A stretch of DNA of 64,000 nucleotides. Source: Bacteroidales bacterium. GTDB taxonomy: Bacteria; Bacteroidota; Bacteroidia; Bacteroidales; CAIWKO01. Shown one piece after another: positions 39,347-50,200 of this stretch; position 1 is the first letter of the stretch; each line of letters opens with the position of its first letter. Location: positions 1-64,000 of the forward strand of contig DAOORA010000014.1 in the NCBI GenBank assembly GCA_035389045.1, in the 5' to 3' direction. The notes under the pieces were generated by a model. That model saw only the letters and a list, made by a program, of their open reading frames with translations, had not been told where the DNA came from and searched no databases. The translations under genes were made by a program, and so were the position numbers.

Positions 39347-40285
39347 TTATACTGTAGTTTTTTTAAAATAATCAATAGTCTTTTGGAGGCCATCCCTTAG
39401 CTGTATTTCCGGTTGCCAGGCAAGAACGGATTTTGCCATGCTGATATCAGGCTTGCGCTGTAAAGGATCGTCGGAGGGCAGAGGATAAAAAACGATTTTT
39501 GATTTCGATTGTGTTAATTCAATGACAAGCTGAGCCAGTTCAAGAATGGTAAATTCGACAGGATTTCCCAGATTAACCGGGCCGATAAAATCCTCAGATG
39601 TTTTCATCATACGTATCAGTCCGTCAATAAGATCATCCACATAACAGAAACTCCTTGTCTGGGTTCCGTCCCCATAAATGGTAATATCCTGGTTGTGTAA
39701 TGCCTGAATAATAAAATTGGAAACCACCCTTCCGTCATTTGGGTGCATGCGCGGGCCATAGGTATTGAATATTCTGACAATTTTGATTTTCACATTGTTC
39801 TGGCGGTGGTAGTTCATAAACAGTGCTTCGGCACAGCGCTTACCCTCATCATAGCAGGCACGAAGCCCTATCGGGTTTACATTACCCCAATAAGATTCGC
39901 ATTGCGGATGTTCTTTGGGATCACCATATACTTCACTGGTTGAGGCCTGCAATACCTTTGCCTGTATCCTTTTGGCCAGTCCGAGCATATTGATAGCGCC
40001 CATTACCGAGGTTTTGATGGTCTTTATCGGATTAAACTGGTAATGAATGGGTGATGCGGGACACGCCATGTTATAAATTTCATCCACCTCAATAAAAAAA
40101 GGCATAGTAACATCGTGCCTGATCATTTCAAAGTAAGGGTTCCCGAGCAGATGGACAATATTTTCTTTTTGCCCGGTAAAATAATTATCCAGACAAATCA
40201 CTTCATGACCATCATCCAGGAGCCTTTCACAAAGATGTGATCCGAGAAAACCAGCCCCACCGGTAACTAAAATTTTTTTCTTCAT
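39347..40285 (-). CDS. UDP-glucuronic acid decarboxylase (UDP-xylose synthase)
   Basis: [55 protein letters not shown]. Confidence 0.93.
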   Translation of the reverse strand: MKKKILVTGGAGFLGSHLCERLLDDGHEVICLDNYFTGQKENIVHLLGNPYFEMIRHDVTMPFFIEVDEIYNMACPASPIHYQFNPIKTIKTSVMGAINMLGLAKRIQAKVLQASTSEVYGDPKEHPQCESYWGNVNPIGLRACYDEGKRCAEALFMNYHRQNNVKIKIVRIFNTYGPRMHPNDGRVVSNFIIQALHNQDITIYGDGTQTRSFCYVDDLIDGLIRMMKTSEDFIGPVNLGNPVEFTILELAQLVIELTQSKSKIVFYPLPSDDPLQRKPDISMAKSVLAWQPEIQLRDGLQKTIDYFKKTTV

Positions 40286-41613
40286 AAATTATCTGAGGTG
40301 TTGATCCCGATGCAGAAATAATCAAAACCTTCGTTTTTGAGATTATTCAGGTCATAAATATTTCTACCATCAAAAATGACATGCCGTTTCAGAAGTTTTT
40401 TAATGACGTTGAAGTTGGGCACCCGGAATTCGGTCCATTCGGTAATAATGAGCAGGCAGTCGGCATCAATCAACGCTTCATACTGATCGTTCACCAGTTC
40501 GATTTTGTCTCCCATCCTTCGTTTTGCTTCTTGCATAGCCGCAGGATCGTATGCCTTGATTTTTGCACCTGCCTCCAAAAATTTTTCGATAAGCACCAGT
40601 GCAGGAGCTTCACGCATATCATCTGTTTCAGGCTTAAACGACAAACCCCACATAGCAATGGTTTTATCTTTCAGCTGATGGTTGAAATATTTTGATACCT
40701 TGTTAAATAAAATGCTTTTCTGATCATTATTGACTTCTTCAACCGATTTCAACACCCGCAGTTTATAACCGTTCTCATCAGCAGTTTTGATTAGAGCTTT
40801 CACATCTTTTGGAAAACATGACCCTCCATACCCGATACCCGGGTAAATAAATTTGTTTCCGATACGGCGGTCGCTGCCGATGCCGTTACGTACACTATTG
40901 ACATTTGCCCCCATGATCTCGCAAAGGTTTGCGATATCGTTCATAAAACTGATCTTTGTAGCCAGCATGGCATTTGCGGCATATTTGGTCATTTCAGCAC
41001 TGGGGATATCCATAAAAATAACAGGATGACCATTCAGTGTAAATGGTTTATAGAGTTGACGCATGGTAGACTCGGCACGCTCCGATTCCAGACCGACAAC
41101 AATACGGTCGGGTTTCATGAAATCGTCGATAGCCGCACCTTCCTTCAGGAATTCAGGATTGGAAGCAACATCAAACGGGATATTGACGCCACGTGCAGTA
41201 AGCTCATTCTGAATGGCATTCTTCACTTTCTTTGCGGTACCGACCGGAACGGTACTTTTTGTAACCACGAGCAGGTAATCTTCCATGTTTTTTCCGATTT
41301 CCGCAGCCACACCAATCACATATTTCAAATCAGCGCTGCCGTCCTCATCCGGTGGTGTCCCTACTGCAATGAATACAACCTCCGCATCGGGAAGCACTGA
41401 AGCAAGATCGGTTGAAAAATGGAGCCGGTTTTTCTCCACATTGCGATGAATCATCGTATCAAGCCCTGGCTCATAAATCGGCAAAATGCCTTTTTTAAGG
41501 TTTGCAATTTTTTCAACATCAATATCAACGCAGGTTGTATCTATTCCTACTTCAGAAAAACATGTTCCGGTAACTAAACCGACATAACCTGTTCCAACAA
41601 CGATAACTTTCAT
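40282..41613 (-). CDS. ugd: UDP-glucose 6-dehydrogenase
   Basis: [43 protein letters not shown]. Confidence 0.95.
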   Translation of the reverse strand: MKVIVVGTGYVGLVTGTCFSEVGIDTTCVDIDVEKIANLKKGILPIYEPGLDTMIHRNVEKNRLHFSTDLASVLPDAEVVFIAVGTPPDEDGSADLKYVIGVAAEIGKNMEDYLLVVTKSTVPVGTAKKVKNAIQNELTARGVNIPFDVASNPEFLKEGAAIDDFMKPDRIVVGLESERAESTMRQLYKPFTLNGHPVIFMDIPSAEMTKYAANAMLATKISFMNDIANLCEIMGANVNSVRNGIGSDRRIGNKFIYPGIGYGGSCFPKDVKALIKTADENGYKLRVLKSVEEVNNDQKSILFNKVSKYFNHQLKDKTIAMWGLSFKPETDDMREAPALVLIEKFLEAGAKIKAYDPAAMQEAKRRMGDKIELVNDQYEALIDADCLLIITEWTEFRVPNFNVIKKLLKRHVIFDGRNIYDLNNLKNEGFDYFCIGINTSDNL

Positions 41614-41874
41614 ATAATGAGTTTTTAGTTAATTTTTCATGCAAAAATAAACATTCTGAACTATAAACTAACAGAATTTCATGCAGGAAAAATTTTTTTA
41701 AGCATCAAAATATCCCTTTTCGGGTTTTATCAATTTCCATATCATTCTACATCAGACGAAATTAAATATATGGGAGTTCCCAGCCTTCATTTGCAGGTAA
41801 TGGAATACATAGTTAAAGCTATCAAATTAAGATAAAGGTTATCCAAAAAAATGACAATAAGTTATCATAATATT

Positions 41875-42035
41875 AGAAATTGTTTTGATTTTATCTTTTC
41901 ATATCTTTATGCATCTTTTTTGCTGCAACTTCGTTAGATTTTTCGACATAGGATAAACTATGTCTGCAAAATCTGCCTCGTTTCGCTAAAAAATCCATCA
42001 TAAATCTTATGTAACATAAAATCAAAACAGTTTCT
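41875..42035. mobile_element. 161-bp MITE copy 2
   Basis: Same terminal inverted repeats and body as 38176-38336 with about four substitutions; TA on both flanks. Confidence 0.85.
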
Positions 42036-42178
42036 AAAAAAGTTAAAAAAACTTTTCTGATTAATTTCTATTGTATATTTGAAGTCATAATTACCGATAA
42101 ATAAATTATTTTTGGCAATTAGGTAATTTAATATTTATTTTGCAATTATTATAATGGTAACTATATAATTTAAAACTA

Positions 42179-43531
42179 ATGCAAGTTAAAAAAATTAAAA
42201 AAGGGCTTGATATACCATTAAAAGGCAAAGCATCACAAGTAACCAGGGCATTGACCCAACCAACTGATTATATTGCCATCAAACCTGCTGATTTTATCAA
42301 TGTTTTACCTCAGCTTATCGTAAATCCCGGTGAACATATAAAAGCCGGAGCCCCCCTGTTCAGGAACAAGTATGATGAAAACATTGTCTTTACTTCTCCG
42401 GTGAGCGGTGTGGTAATGGAACCCATCCGGGGCGATAAAAGGCTGATCCTGGAGATTTCGGTAAAACCTGATACGGAGATAATTTACGAAGATTTTGGCC
42501 AGCATGATGTATCTTCGATGAAAGCTGAAGAAATAAGGTCGTCGCTCATAAAGTCGGGATTGTGGACATTTATCAGACAACGCCCGTACGACCTGATTCC
42601 GGCAACAGATTCTTCACCACGTGATATTTACATTTCCACCTTTGACACGGCCCCGTTGGCGCCGGATTACAATTACCTGTTAAAAGACAAAATGAACTCT
42701 TTTCAGGCCGGTATTGATGCGTTGGCAAAACTGACGGCAGGAAAGGTGAAGCTGGGTCTTGATGCATGTATTGTTGACAATATTTTTTCATCTGTAAAAA
42801 ATGCCCAACTATTGTATTTTCATGGTCCTCATCCGGCGGGCAATGTCGGCGTTCATATCCATCATACATGCCCCATCAACAAGGGAGAAACCATATGGCA
42901 CCTTAATCCGCAGGATGTCGCCATGATAGGAAAAATGCTCACCGAGGGTATTTACGATGCCCGAAGAACCATAGCGGTAACAGGTCCGGAAGCAAATAAT
43001 CCATCATACCGGGAAATAATTATCGGCAGCAACCTCAAGAACACCATTGCCGACCACACCACCACACAGGGACACATAAGGATTATAAGCGGCAATGCTC
43101 TCACGGGCAGCACTGTGAAACCTGATGGCTTTTTAGGATACTATCACCATCAGCTTACAATCATTACCGAAGGAGATTACTATGAATTTATCGGATGGGC
43201 GACACCGGGACTCAGGAAATTCAGCAACTCCAGGGTGTTTTTCAGTTGGTTGTTTCCGGGCAGGAAATACGACTTCGACACCAATTATCATGGCGGACAC
43301 AGGCCGCTGGTGATGTCGGGGCAATATGAAAAGGTATTTCCGTTTACTATTTTACCGGTTTTTCTCATCAAATCAATAATTACACAGGACATCGAAAAGA
43401 TGGAAAATCTGGGTATATACGAGGTAGCGCCCGAAGATTTTGCCTTATGCGATTATGTATGCACATCGAAAACGGAAGTTCAGAAAATAGTGCGCGAAGG
43501 CTTGGAAATGCTAAGAAAAGAAATGAGTTAA
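42179..43531 (+). CDS. nqrA: Na+-translocating NADH:quinone reductase subunit A
   Basis: KKGLDIPLKG, SPVSG, DTAPLAPD, GPHPAGNVG, EDFALC. Confidence 0.95.
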   Translation: MQVKKIKKGLDIPLKGKASQVTRALTQPTDYIAIKPADFINVLPQLIVNPGEHIKAGAPLFRNKYDENIVFTSPVSGVVMEPIRGDKRLILEISVKPDTEIIYEDFGQHDVSSMKAEEIRSSLIKSGLWTFIRQRPYDLIPATDSSPRDIYISTFDTAPLAPDYNYLLKDKMNSFQAGIDALAKLTAGKVKLGLDACIVDNIFSSVKNAQLLYFHGPHPAGNVGVHIHHTCPINKGETIWHLNPQDVAMIGKMLTEGIYDARRTIAVTGPEANNPSYREIIIGSNLKNTIADHTTTQGHIRIISGNALTGSTVKPDGFLGYYHHQLTIITEGDYYEFIGWATPGLRKFSNSRVFFSWLFPGRKYDFDTNYHGGHRPLVMSGQYEKVFPFTILPVFLIKSIITQDIEKMENLGIYEVAPEDFALCDYVCTSKTEVQKIVREGLEMLRKEMS

Positions 43532-43548
43532 CATGAAATATTCAAGTG

Positions 43549-44727
43549 ATGAAAGGATTAAGAAAATACATTGACACGATAAAACCAAAGTTTCAAAAGG
43601 GAGGCCGGTTTGAAAAACTGGAATCCACCTTTGAGGCCTTTGAATCCTTCCTGTTTGTCCCCAAAAAAGTTACCCTGTCGGGAAGTCACATCCGTGATTC
43701 TGTTGACCTGAAACGCACCATGATCGTTGTAGTGGTTGCTTTGATGCCGGCATTGCTTTTTGGTATGTGGAATGTGGGTTATCAGTTTCATAAAGCCATG
43801 GGGATTTCCGTGAGTATTTTAGCTGATTTCTGGTTTGGATTTCAGGCCGTGCTGCCCATTATTGTGGTATCATATGTAACAGGGTTAGCCATAGAATTTA
43901 TTTCAGCACAGATACGCCATCATGAAGTTAATGAAGGTTTTCTTGTCACCGGGATGCTGATTCCCCTGATCATGCCGGTGAACATCCCCCTTTGGATCGT
44001 GGCTGTAGGCACAGCATTTGCCGTAATTTTTGTAAAAGAAGTTTTTGGAGGCACGGGGATGAATATCTTTAATCCCGCCCTGGTTGCCCGTGCTTTTATC
44101 TTTTTCGCCTATCCGTCGGAGATCAGTGGCGACAGTCCCTGGATATTCGGTTTTGCAGACAGCCTTAAAGGTGTTGACGGAATTACAGGCGCTACGGCCT
44201 TATCGTATGCTGCATCAGGCCAGATGGAGTCCATACCGTCTCTTTCTGATTTGTTCTTTGGGTTGATACCAGGCTCCATAGGCGAAACTTCCAAGCTGGC
44301 CATAGTACTCGGTGCACTGATACTGATTTTCACAGGTATCGGAAGTTTTCGTATCATGATATCGACCATTGCAGGAGGTGTTTTCATGACACTGATTTTT
44401 AATCTGATTGGCGCCAATGCATATATGCAGATCGATCCGCTTACACAGTTGATGATGGGAGGTTTTTTGTTCGGTGCCGTGTTTATGGCTACTGACCCCG
44501 TTACAGCTTCACAGACGCCATCGGGCAAAATCGTTTATGGTTTTTTGATTGGCGTATTTGCCATACTTATCAGGGTGTTCAACCCGGCATACCCCGAAGG
44601 CATGATGCTGTCCATTCTGCTGATGAACACCTTTGCACCCTTAATTGACCACGTGGTCGTACAAAACAATATCCGTAAGCGCCTGAAAAGACTTCCTAAG
44701 ATCAATACCAATGTTGAACCCAAATAA
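43549..44727 (+). CDS. nqrB: Na+-NQR subunit B
   Basis: HIRDSVDLKRTM, KEVFGGTGMN, DGITGAT (FMN site), PGSIGETS, MATDPVT, YPEGMM. Confidence 0.95.
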   Translation: MKGLRKYIDTIKPKFQKGGRFEKLESTFEAFESFLFVPKKVTLSGSHIRDSVDLKRTMIVVVVALMPALLFGMWNVGYQFHKAMGISVSILADFWFGFQAVLPIIVVSYVTGLAIEFISAQIRHHEVNEGFLVTGMLIPLIMPVNIPLWIVAVGTAFAVIFVKEVFGGTGMNIFNPALVARAFIFFAYPSEISGDSPWIFGFADSLKGVDGITGATALSYAASGQMESIPSLSDLFFGLIPGSIGETSKLAIVLGALILIFTGIGSFRIMISTIAGGVFMTLIFNLIGANAYMQIDPLTQLMMGGFLFGAVFMATDPVTASQTPSGKIVYGFLIGVFAILIRVFNPAYPEGMMLSILLMNTFAPLIDHVVVQNNIRKRLKRLPKINTNVEPK

Positions 44728-44736
44728 CCAATCTTT

Positions 44737-45441
44737 ATGTTCAGTAACAGATATACCCTGATATATTCCGCCATACTGGTTATCATTGTTGCTGTCGCAC
44801 TAACCATCGTGGCAGTGATGCTGAAACCAGCACAAACAAACAACATCCGGGTGGAAAAGATGCAAAATATTCTGAAGTCGGTAAATATTGAATCCGATGC
44901 CAAAAACGCAGAAGACCTTTATAATAAATACATCAAGGAATCATTTGTGATAACAGCCAAAGGAGAAATACAAAAAGACATCAAGGCTTTTGACGTTGAC
45001 CTTACTCTTGAAACAAAGAAAAAACCAGATGAAAGGAATCTTCCTGTGTTTGTATGTACCGGAGATGACGGGAACCCTTATTATATCATTCCGGTCAGAG
45101 GCAAAGGACTCTGGGGTCCATTATGGGGTTATATTTCATTTAGCAATGATTTTAACACCATTGCGGGAACCATGTTCGACCACAAAGGCGAAACACCTGG
45201 CCTGGGCGCCGAAATAAACACATCTGTTTTCCAGGATCAGTTCATTGGAAAAACCATCTTTGACGAACAGTTGAATTTTGTTTCGATACATGTGGTAAAA
45301 GGAGGGGCACGACCTGATGATAATCATGGTGTGGACGCTATTTCAGGCGGGACCATTACCAGCCAGGGACTGGAAAAAATGATCTATGACGGATTAAGCC
45401 CCTACGTTACCTATTTCAACAAACAAATGGAAAAAAAATAA
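44737..45441 (+). CDS. nqrC: Na+-NQR subunit C
   Basis: GKGLWG, HKGETPGLGAEI, VDAISGGTITS (FMN site). Confidence 0.95.
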   Translation: MFSNRYTLIYSAILVIIVAVALTIVAVMLKPAQTNNIRVEKMQNILKSVNIESDAKNAEDLYNKYIKESFVITAKGEIQKDIKAFDVDLTLETKKKPDERNLPVFVCTGDDGNPYYIIPVRGKGLWGPLWGYISFSNDFNTIAGTMFDHKGETPGLGAEINTSVFQDQFIGKTIFDEQLNFVSIHVVKGGARPDDNHGVDAISGGTITSQGLEKMIYDGLSPYVTYFNKQMEKK

Positions 45442-45474
45442 AATATTCCGCCCAATACAAAAGAATGTGATGAT

Positions 45475-46089
45475 ATGAAAAACCTAAATTTAATAAAATC
45501 TCCGGTGAATTTGAATAATCCCATTACCGTTCAGGTATTGGGAATATGTTCAGCTTTAGCCGTTACAGCACAGTTAAAGCCGGCACTGGTTATGGCTTTG
45601 TCGGTCACCGTTGTTACCGCCTTCTCGAACCTGATCATTTCGGCACTGCGTAACACTATTCCTTCGCGTATCCGAATTATTGTGCAACTTGTGGTAATTG
45701 CCGCACTGGTAATTATTGTAGATCAATTGCTGAAAGCCTATGTGTATGATGTCAGCAAAAAACTTTCGGTATTTGTGGGTCTAATCATCACCAACTGTAT
45801 ATTGATGGGGCGGCTGGAAGCTTTTGCCATGGCCAATAAACCCTGGCCATCCTTTCTCGACGGCATAGGCAACGGTCTTGGCTATGGACTGATACTTGTT
45901 ATTGTTGCTTTTATCCGTGAGCTTTTTGGTTCCGGTACCTTATTTGGCTATCACATCATTCCGCATACGTTTTTTGATCATGGCTACCTTAACAACGGTA
46001 TGATGATCCTGCCGCCCATGGCGTTGATCATCATTGGTGTCATCATCTGGGTACAACGTAGTTTTAACCAAAGTTTAATTGAAAAATAA
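45475..46089 (+). CDS. nqrD: Na+-NQR subunit D
   Basis: [30 protein letters not shown]. Confidence 0.95.
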   Translation: MKNLNLIKSPVNLNNPITVQVLGICSALAVTAQLKPALVMALSVTVVTAFSNLIISALRNTIPSRIRIIVQLVVIAALVIIVDQLLKAYVYDVSKKLSVFVGLIITNCILMGRLEAFAMANKPWPSFLDGIGNGLGYGLILVIVAFIRELFGSGTLFGYHIIPHTFFDHGYLNNGMMILPPMALIIIGVIIWVQRSFNQSLIEK

Positions 46090-46100
46090 AATCTGAACAT

Positions 46101-46718
46101 ATGAATGACCTGGTAAATATTTTTGTTCGTTCGATATTCATAGATAACATGATATTTGCATATTTCCTGGGAATGTGCTCATATCTGGCTGTATCAAAAA
46201 CCGTTAAAACCTCTTTCGGTCTTGGTGTTGCAGTGGTATTTGTGCTGGTCATCACTGCTCCTGTTAATTGGCTTATAGACACTTACCTGTTAAAACCCGG
46301 AGCCCTGAGCTGGCTGGGAAGCAGCTATTCCGAGGTGGATTTGAGTTACCTGAGTTTCATCATTTTCATTGCGGTGATTGCTGCGATAGTGCAACTGGTA
46401 GAGATGGTTGTGGAAAAATTCAGCCCTTCACTTTACAATGCCCTGGGTATCTTCCTCCCGCTGATAGCTGTAAACTGTGCCATTTTAGGCCTTTCCCTGT
46501 TCGTTCAGGAAAAAGAATATACGGCCATCGGCGAAGTAAGCGTTTATGCTTTAGGTTCCGGAATCGGCTGGCTGCTGGCCATTGTATCCATTGCCGCCAT
46601 ACGCGAAAAGATCAGATATTCCAATATTCCTGCACCACTTAGAGGACTTGGAATTACGTTTATACTTACCGGGCTTATGGCCATCGCCTTTATGAGTTTT
46701 ATGGGAATAAAAATCTAA
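46101..46718 (+). CDS. nqrE: Na+-NQR subunit E
   Basis: [33 protein letters not shown]. Confidence 0.95.
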   Translation: MNDLVNIFVRSIFIDNMIFAYFLGMCSYLAVSKTVKTSFGLGVAVVFVLVITAPVNWLIDTYLLKPGALSWLGSSYSEVDLSYLSFIIFIAVIAAIVQLVEMVVEKFSPSLYNALGIFLPLIAVNCAILGLSLFVQEKEYTAIGEVSVYALGSGIGWLLAIVSIAAIREKIRYSNIPAPLRGLGITFILTGLMAIAFMSFMGIKI

Positions 46719-46741
46719 AAACAACAAAAAAATACCTGAAT

Positions 46742-48001
46742 ATGATATTGCTTGATGCAGGATTAGGAATAATAATGGTACTGGGCATTACGACCTTTTT
46801 AGTCATAAGTTTGTTGCTGGTACTTTTGCTTTTAATTGCCAAAGCGAAGCTTTTGCCATCAGGCCCTGTGATGATAAACATCAACAGCGACAAAGAAGTT
46901 GAGGCCAACTCCGGCTCCTCGCTTTTATCTACTTTGTCCGAAAAGAAGATTTTTCTTCCTTCTGCCTGCGGTGGCGGTGGAACCTGCGGCATGTGCCGTT
47001 GCCAGGTTATCAGTGGCGGTGGCAGTATTTTACCTACTGAGGTTGGTTTTTTCACCCGAAAACAGATGCAGGAAAACTGGCGGCTGGGTTGTCAGGTAAA
47101 AGTAAGAGAAAACCTGGAAATCCAAATCCCGAAAGAGATCTTTGGTATTAAGAAATGGGAATGTGAAGTGGTTTCAAATAAAAATGTAGCTACCTTCATT
47201 AAAGAGTTTGTCGTAAAACTCCCCGAAGGAGAATCACTGGATTTTCTTTCGGGTGGTTATGTTCAGATTGATGTTCCAAAATGTGAGGTGGATTTTAAAA
47301 ATATACTGATTGAAGAAAAGTTTTACGGTGACTGGGAAAAATTCAAAATGTTTGACCTTAAGATGAAGAATCCCGAACCGTTATACCGTGCTTATTCCAT
47401 GGCCAATCATCCTGCCGAAGGCAACATCGTTATGTTGAATATACGTATTGCCACACCGCCCTGGGACAAAAAAATCAACGGTTTTATGAAGGTAAACCCC
47501 GGGATATGTTCTTCTTATATTTTTTCTCGCAAACCCGGCGACAAAGTGATGGTATCGGGGCCATACGGAGAGTTTCATATTAAACCAACCGGCAAAGAAA
47601 TGGTGTACATTGGTGGTGGTGCCGGTATGGCTCCTTTGCGGTCGCATATCTTCCACCTGTTCCATACCGAACACACCAAACGCAAAGTATCTTACTGGTA
47701 TGGCGGTCGCTCGATGCGTGAGATTTTCTATGAAGATCAATTCAGTGCCATCGAAAAAGAAAATCCGAATTTTACGTTCAATATTGCCCTTTCCGAACCA
47801 CTGCCTGAGGATAACTGGACGGGGTATACAGGATTTATTCACCAGGTGGTTTTTGATAACTATTTAAGCAAACACCCCGAACCTGAGGATATAGAATATT
47901 ACCTCTGCGGCCCTCCAATGATGAACGATGCCGTATTTAAAATGCTTGACAATCTGGGAGTGCCCAGGGAAAATATTGCCTTCGACGATTTTGGCGGTTA
48001 A
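46742..48001 (+). CDS. nqrF: Na+-NQR subunit F
   Basis: SACGGGGTCGMC 2Fe-2S, RAYSMAN, GGGAGMAPLRSH, CGPPMM, DDFGG end. Confidence 0.96.
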   Translation: MILLDAGLGIIMVLGITTFLVISLLLVLLLLIAKAKLLPSGPVMININSDKEVEANSGSSLLSTLSEKKIFLPSACGGGGTCGMCRCQVISGGGSILPTEVGFFTRKQMQENWRLGCQVKVRENLEIQIPKEIFGIKKWECEVVSNKNVATFIKEFVVKLPEGESLDFLSGGYVQIDVPKCEVDFKNILIEEKFYGDWEKFKMFDLKMKNPEPLYRAYSMANHPAEGNIVMLNIRIATPPWDKKINGFMKVNPGICSSYIFSRKPGDKVMVSGPYGEFHIKPTGKEMVYIGGGAGMAPLRSHIFHLFHTEHTKRKVSYWYGGRSMREIFYEDQFSAIEKENPNFTFNIALSEPLPEDNWTGYTGFIHQVVFDNYLSKHPEPEDIEYYLCGPPMMNDAVFKMLDNLGVPRENIAFDDFGG

Positions 48002-48010
48002 GCAGCGTAA

Positions 48011-48331
48011 TTAATTTGCCAGTTTCAGCCCCACGATTCCAATCATTATCAGCAATACCGATAACATCCTGAGCAAAGTAGCCGGATCTTTAAAAAATAC
48101 TATTCCAATAATAAAAGTCCCGGCAGCGCCAATACCGGTCCAGACAGCATAGGCTGTTCCGATAGGAATATGGCGCTGAGCCATCCACAGAAACAAACCG
48201 CTAAGAGCCATGGAAATCACTGAAAAGGCGATCCACAACCATTTATTGTTGGCTGGCATCTGCGATAATTTGAAACCCAGCGGCCATCCCACTTCAAAGA
48301 CTCCGGCAACAATGAGATAAATCCATTCCAT
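48011..48331 (-). CDS. SMR-family small multidrug/guanidinium exporter (SugE/Gdx-like)
   Basis: WIYLIVAGVFEVGW, IPIGTAYAVWTGIGAAG, IGIVGLK; start set at MEWIY. Confidence 0.9.
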   Translation of the reverse strand: MEWIYLIVAGVFEVGWPLGFKLSQMPANNKWLWIAFSVISMALSGLFLWMAQRHIPIGTAYAVWTGIGAAGTFIIGIVFFKDPATLLRMLSVLLIMIGIVGLKLAN

Positions 48332-48344
48332 AGTTTTAAAAAGC

Positions 48345-48566
48345 TTAGTATTCTTTGGTGTCCCCTGAGTGGTGTTTTTTGTAGCTTTCGCATTGGGATT
48401 GATCTTTTCCATCACTGCCACATGTACAGCCAACAGGCTTGCCGCTTTTAGGATCGACAGTGGAGCAGTTTTTTTTAAATTCACCGTTTTTTTTCACAAT
48501 CAATTTGATTGCAAAACCGGCAAAAGCCAGCGCCAGCATAATTATAGCAAGAAGTATGAGTTTCAA
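48345..48566 (-). CDS. Small membrane-anchored Cys-rich protein (possibly NqrM-like)
   Basis: Probable TTG start (LKLILLAII...), one TM helix, KKNGEF, then four Cys (C-x12-CTC-x9-C). Confidence 0.6.
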   Translation of the reverse strand: MKLILLAIIMLALAFAGFAIKLIVKKNGEFKKNCSTVDPKSGKPVGCTCGSDGKDQSQCESYKKHHSGDTKEY

Positions 48567-48624
48567 TTCTAACAGAGCATTTTGGGAATCAGCATGAAAT
48601 AGCCAGCTATTTATGATCAATCCA

Positions 48625-49422
48625 TCAATAATTTCCTTTTACCTGTGCGCCGGTGATAACAGCCACACTGGAGCCGCAACCGAGCCTGTTTGCTCCTGCC
48701 TGTATCAACGCCACAGCCTGATCAAAACTCCGAATTGCCCCGCTGGCTTTAACGCCCATGGCCGGGCCAACTATTCTTCGCATGAGAATGACATCTTCAA
48801 CGGTGGCTCCGCCGCCGAGAAAGCCTGTGCTGGTTTTTACAAAATCTGCGCCTGCTTTTTTAGAAACCTGACAGGCCAGAATCTTTTCCTCTTCCGTAAG
48901 GAGAACGGTTTCTATGATGACTTTCAGCACTGTATTACTGCGGCAAGCCCTGCGTATAGCCATGATATCCTTTTCGACCAGATCCAGGTCGCGTGATTTC
49001 AGTGCGCCGACATTAATAACCATGTCGAGTTCGTCTGCGCCGCTTGAAATAGCGCTTCGCGCCTCAAATGCTTTGCTGCGGCTGTCCATTTCGCCTAAGG
49101 GAAACCCTATGACCGAACATATCTTTACGCCTGTTCCTCTCAGTTTTTTCGTAACGAAAGGCACCCAGCCCGAATTCACGCAAACCGATTTGAACTGATA
49201 TTTGACAGCTTCCTCGCATAATTGCTTGAACTGCGCCTGAACGGCCTCGGGTTTTAGTAAGGTATGATCAATATATCCTGCCAGTTCGACAGGCGACAGG
49301 GATGGCCGGGAAACGGGCAGCTTTTCAGCGCTTTGTTTTTCTGTTTGCCCTGCAGGCATCTGGCTTCTAAGCCTATCCATCACCTCTTTTACAATTTTGT
49401 CAATCAGTTCATTCTGATCCAT
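48625..49422 (-). CDS. deoC: Deoxyribose-phosphate aldolase with N-terminal BMC encapsulation peptide
   Basis: IDHTLLKP, VIGFPLG, ADELDMVIN, VKTSTGF, VKASG, C-terminal Tyr; N-terminal amphipathic MDQNELIDKIVKEVMDRLR plus linker; GGAGGT SD. Confidence 0.92.
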   Translation of the reverse strand: MDQNELIDKIVKEVMDRLRSQMPAGQTEKQSAEKLPVSRPSLSPVELAGYIDHTLLKPEAVQAQFKQLCEEAVKYQFKSVCVNSGWVPFVTKKLRGTGVKICSVIGFPLGEMDSRSKAFEARSAISSGADELDMVINVGALKSRDLDLVEKDIMAIRRACRSNTVLKVIIETVLLTEEEKILACQVSKKAGADFVKTSTGFLGGGATVEDVILMRRIVGPAMGVKASGAIRSFDQAVALIQAGANRLGCGSSVAVITGAQVKGNY

Positions 49423-49921
49423 AGTTACCTCCATTTCTTTCAACAGACATCATTTTATTTATTCGAGGCCAGTGCCTGCCGCCTTCGAAGCGGGTTTCCA
49501 GCCATAGTTTTGCCATTGTACAAAGTTCGCCGGGTTTATGTTGTGCGGTGCCTAATGTCAGCACATTAGCATTGTTATGCTGGCGGCTGTTGATAATTGT
49601 TTTTTCACTCCAGCACAGGGCAGCCCTGACCCCGTGTACCTTGTTACAAACCATTGAAGAACCTATTCCCGCAGCATCAAGCATAATCCCTCGTTCACAT
49701 GCACCACGTGCCACTTTTTTGGCAACAGCCACGGCAAAATCAGGATAATCCACTTTTGTAGTAGCGTTGTTGGTTCCCACATCGACCACTTCATATCCCA
49801 GGTTCTGCAAAAATATTTTAAGCAGCTCCTTCGCTTCATAAGCGCCATGGTCAGCGCCAATAGCAATATGTTTCACATGATCAGTACTGTTCATTGTATC
49901 AGTATTGTTTTCCTTCACCAT
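49409..49921 (-). CDS. rpiB: RpiB/LacAB-family sugar-phosphate isomerase
   Basis: IAIGADHG, VDYPDFA, NKVHGVRAA, RQHNNANVLTLG, FEGGRH; LDAAGIG replaces the usual ICGTGIG. Confidence 0.85.
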   Translation of the reverse strand: MVKENNTDTMNSTDHVKHIAIGADHGAYEAKELLKIFLQNLGYEVVDVGTNNATTKVDYPDFAVAVAKKVARGACERGIMLDAAGIGSSMVCNKVHGVRAALCWSEKTIINSRQHNNANVLTLGTAQHKPGELCTMAKLWLETRFEGGRHWPRINKMMSVERNGGNYGSE

Positions 49922-49924
49922 GGC

Positions 49925-50200
49925 TTATTCGATTATATTAATTTCATCCACGATTCCGGCGATTACTGTTTTTACGGTAAATGATTCCGGTTCATTGATG
50001 AGTATTCTTCCCGACGTTCCTTCTTCAATGGTAAAAACCGTATCGCCTATGCCTGCCTGAACCGTATCAATCGCCAGAAAAGATTTTCCAGTCACATTTC
50101 CTTTTCCATCAACAGGTTGAATGATCATTATCTTTTTCGATTCATAACCGGGGGCCATGATGGTGGAAACTACATTACCGATAACTTTTCCGAGTATCAT
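49925..50200 (-). CDS. BMC pentamer vertex protein (EutN/CcmL)
   Basis: MILGKVIGNVVST...AIDTVQAGIGD...IAGIVD. Confidence 0.93.
   Translation of the reverse strand: MILGKVIGNVVSTIMAPGYESKKIMIIQPVDGKGNVTGKSFLAIDTVQAGIGDTVFTIEEGTSGRILINEPESFTVKTVIAGIVDEINIIE

Noticed and set aside
48332..48484. N-terminal extension of the SMR transporter
   Set aside because: Overlaps the Cys-rich small gene in another frame; SMR homology begins at MEWIY.
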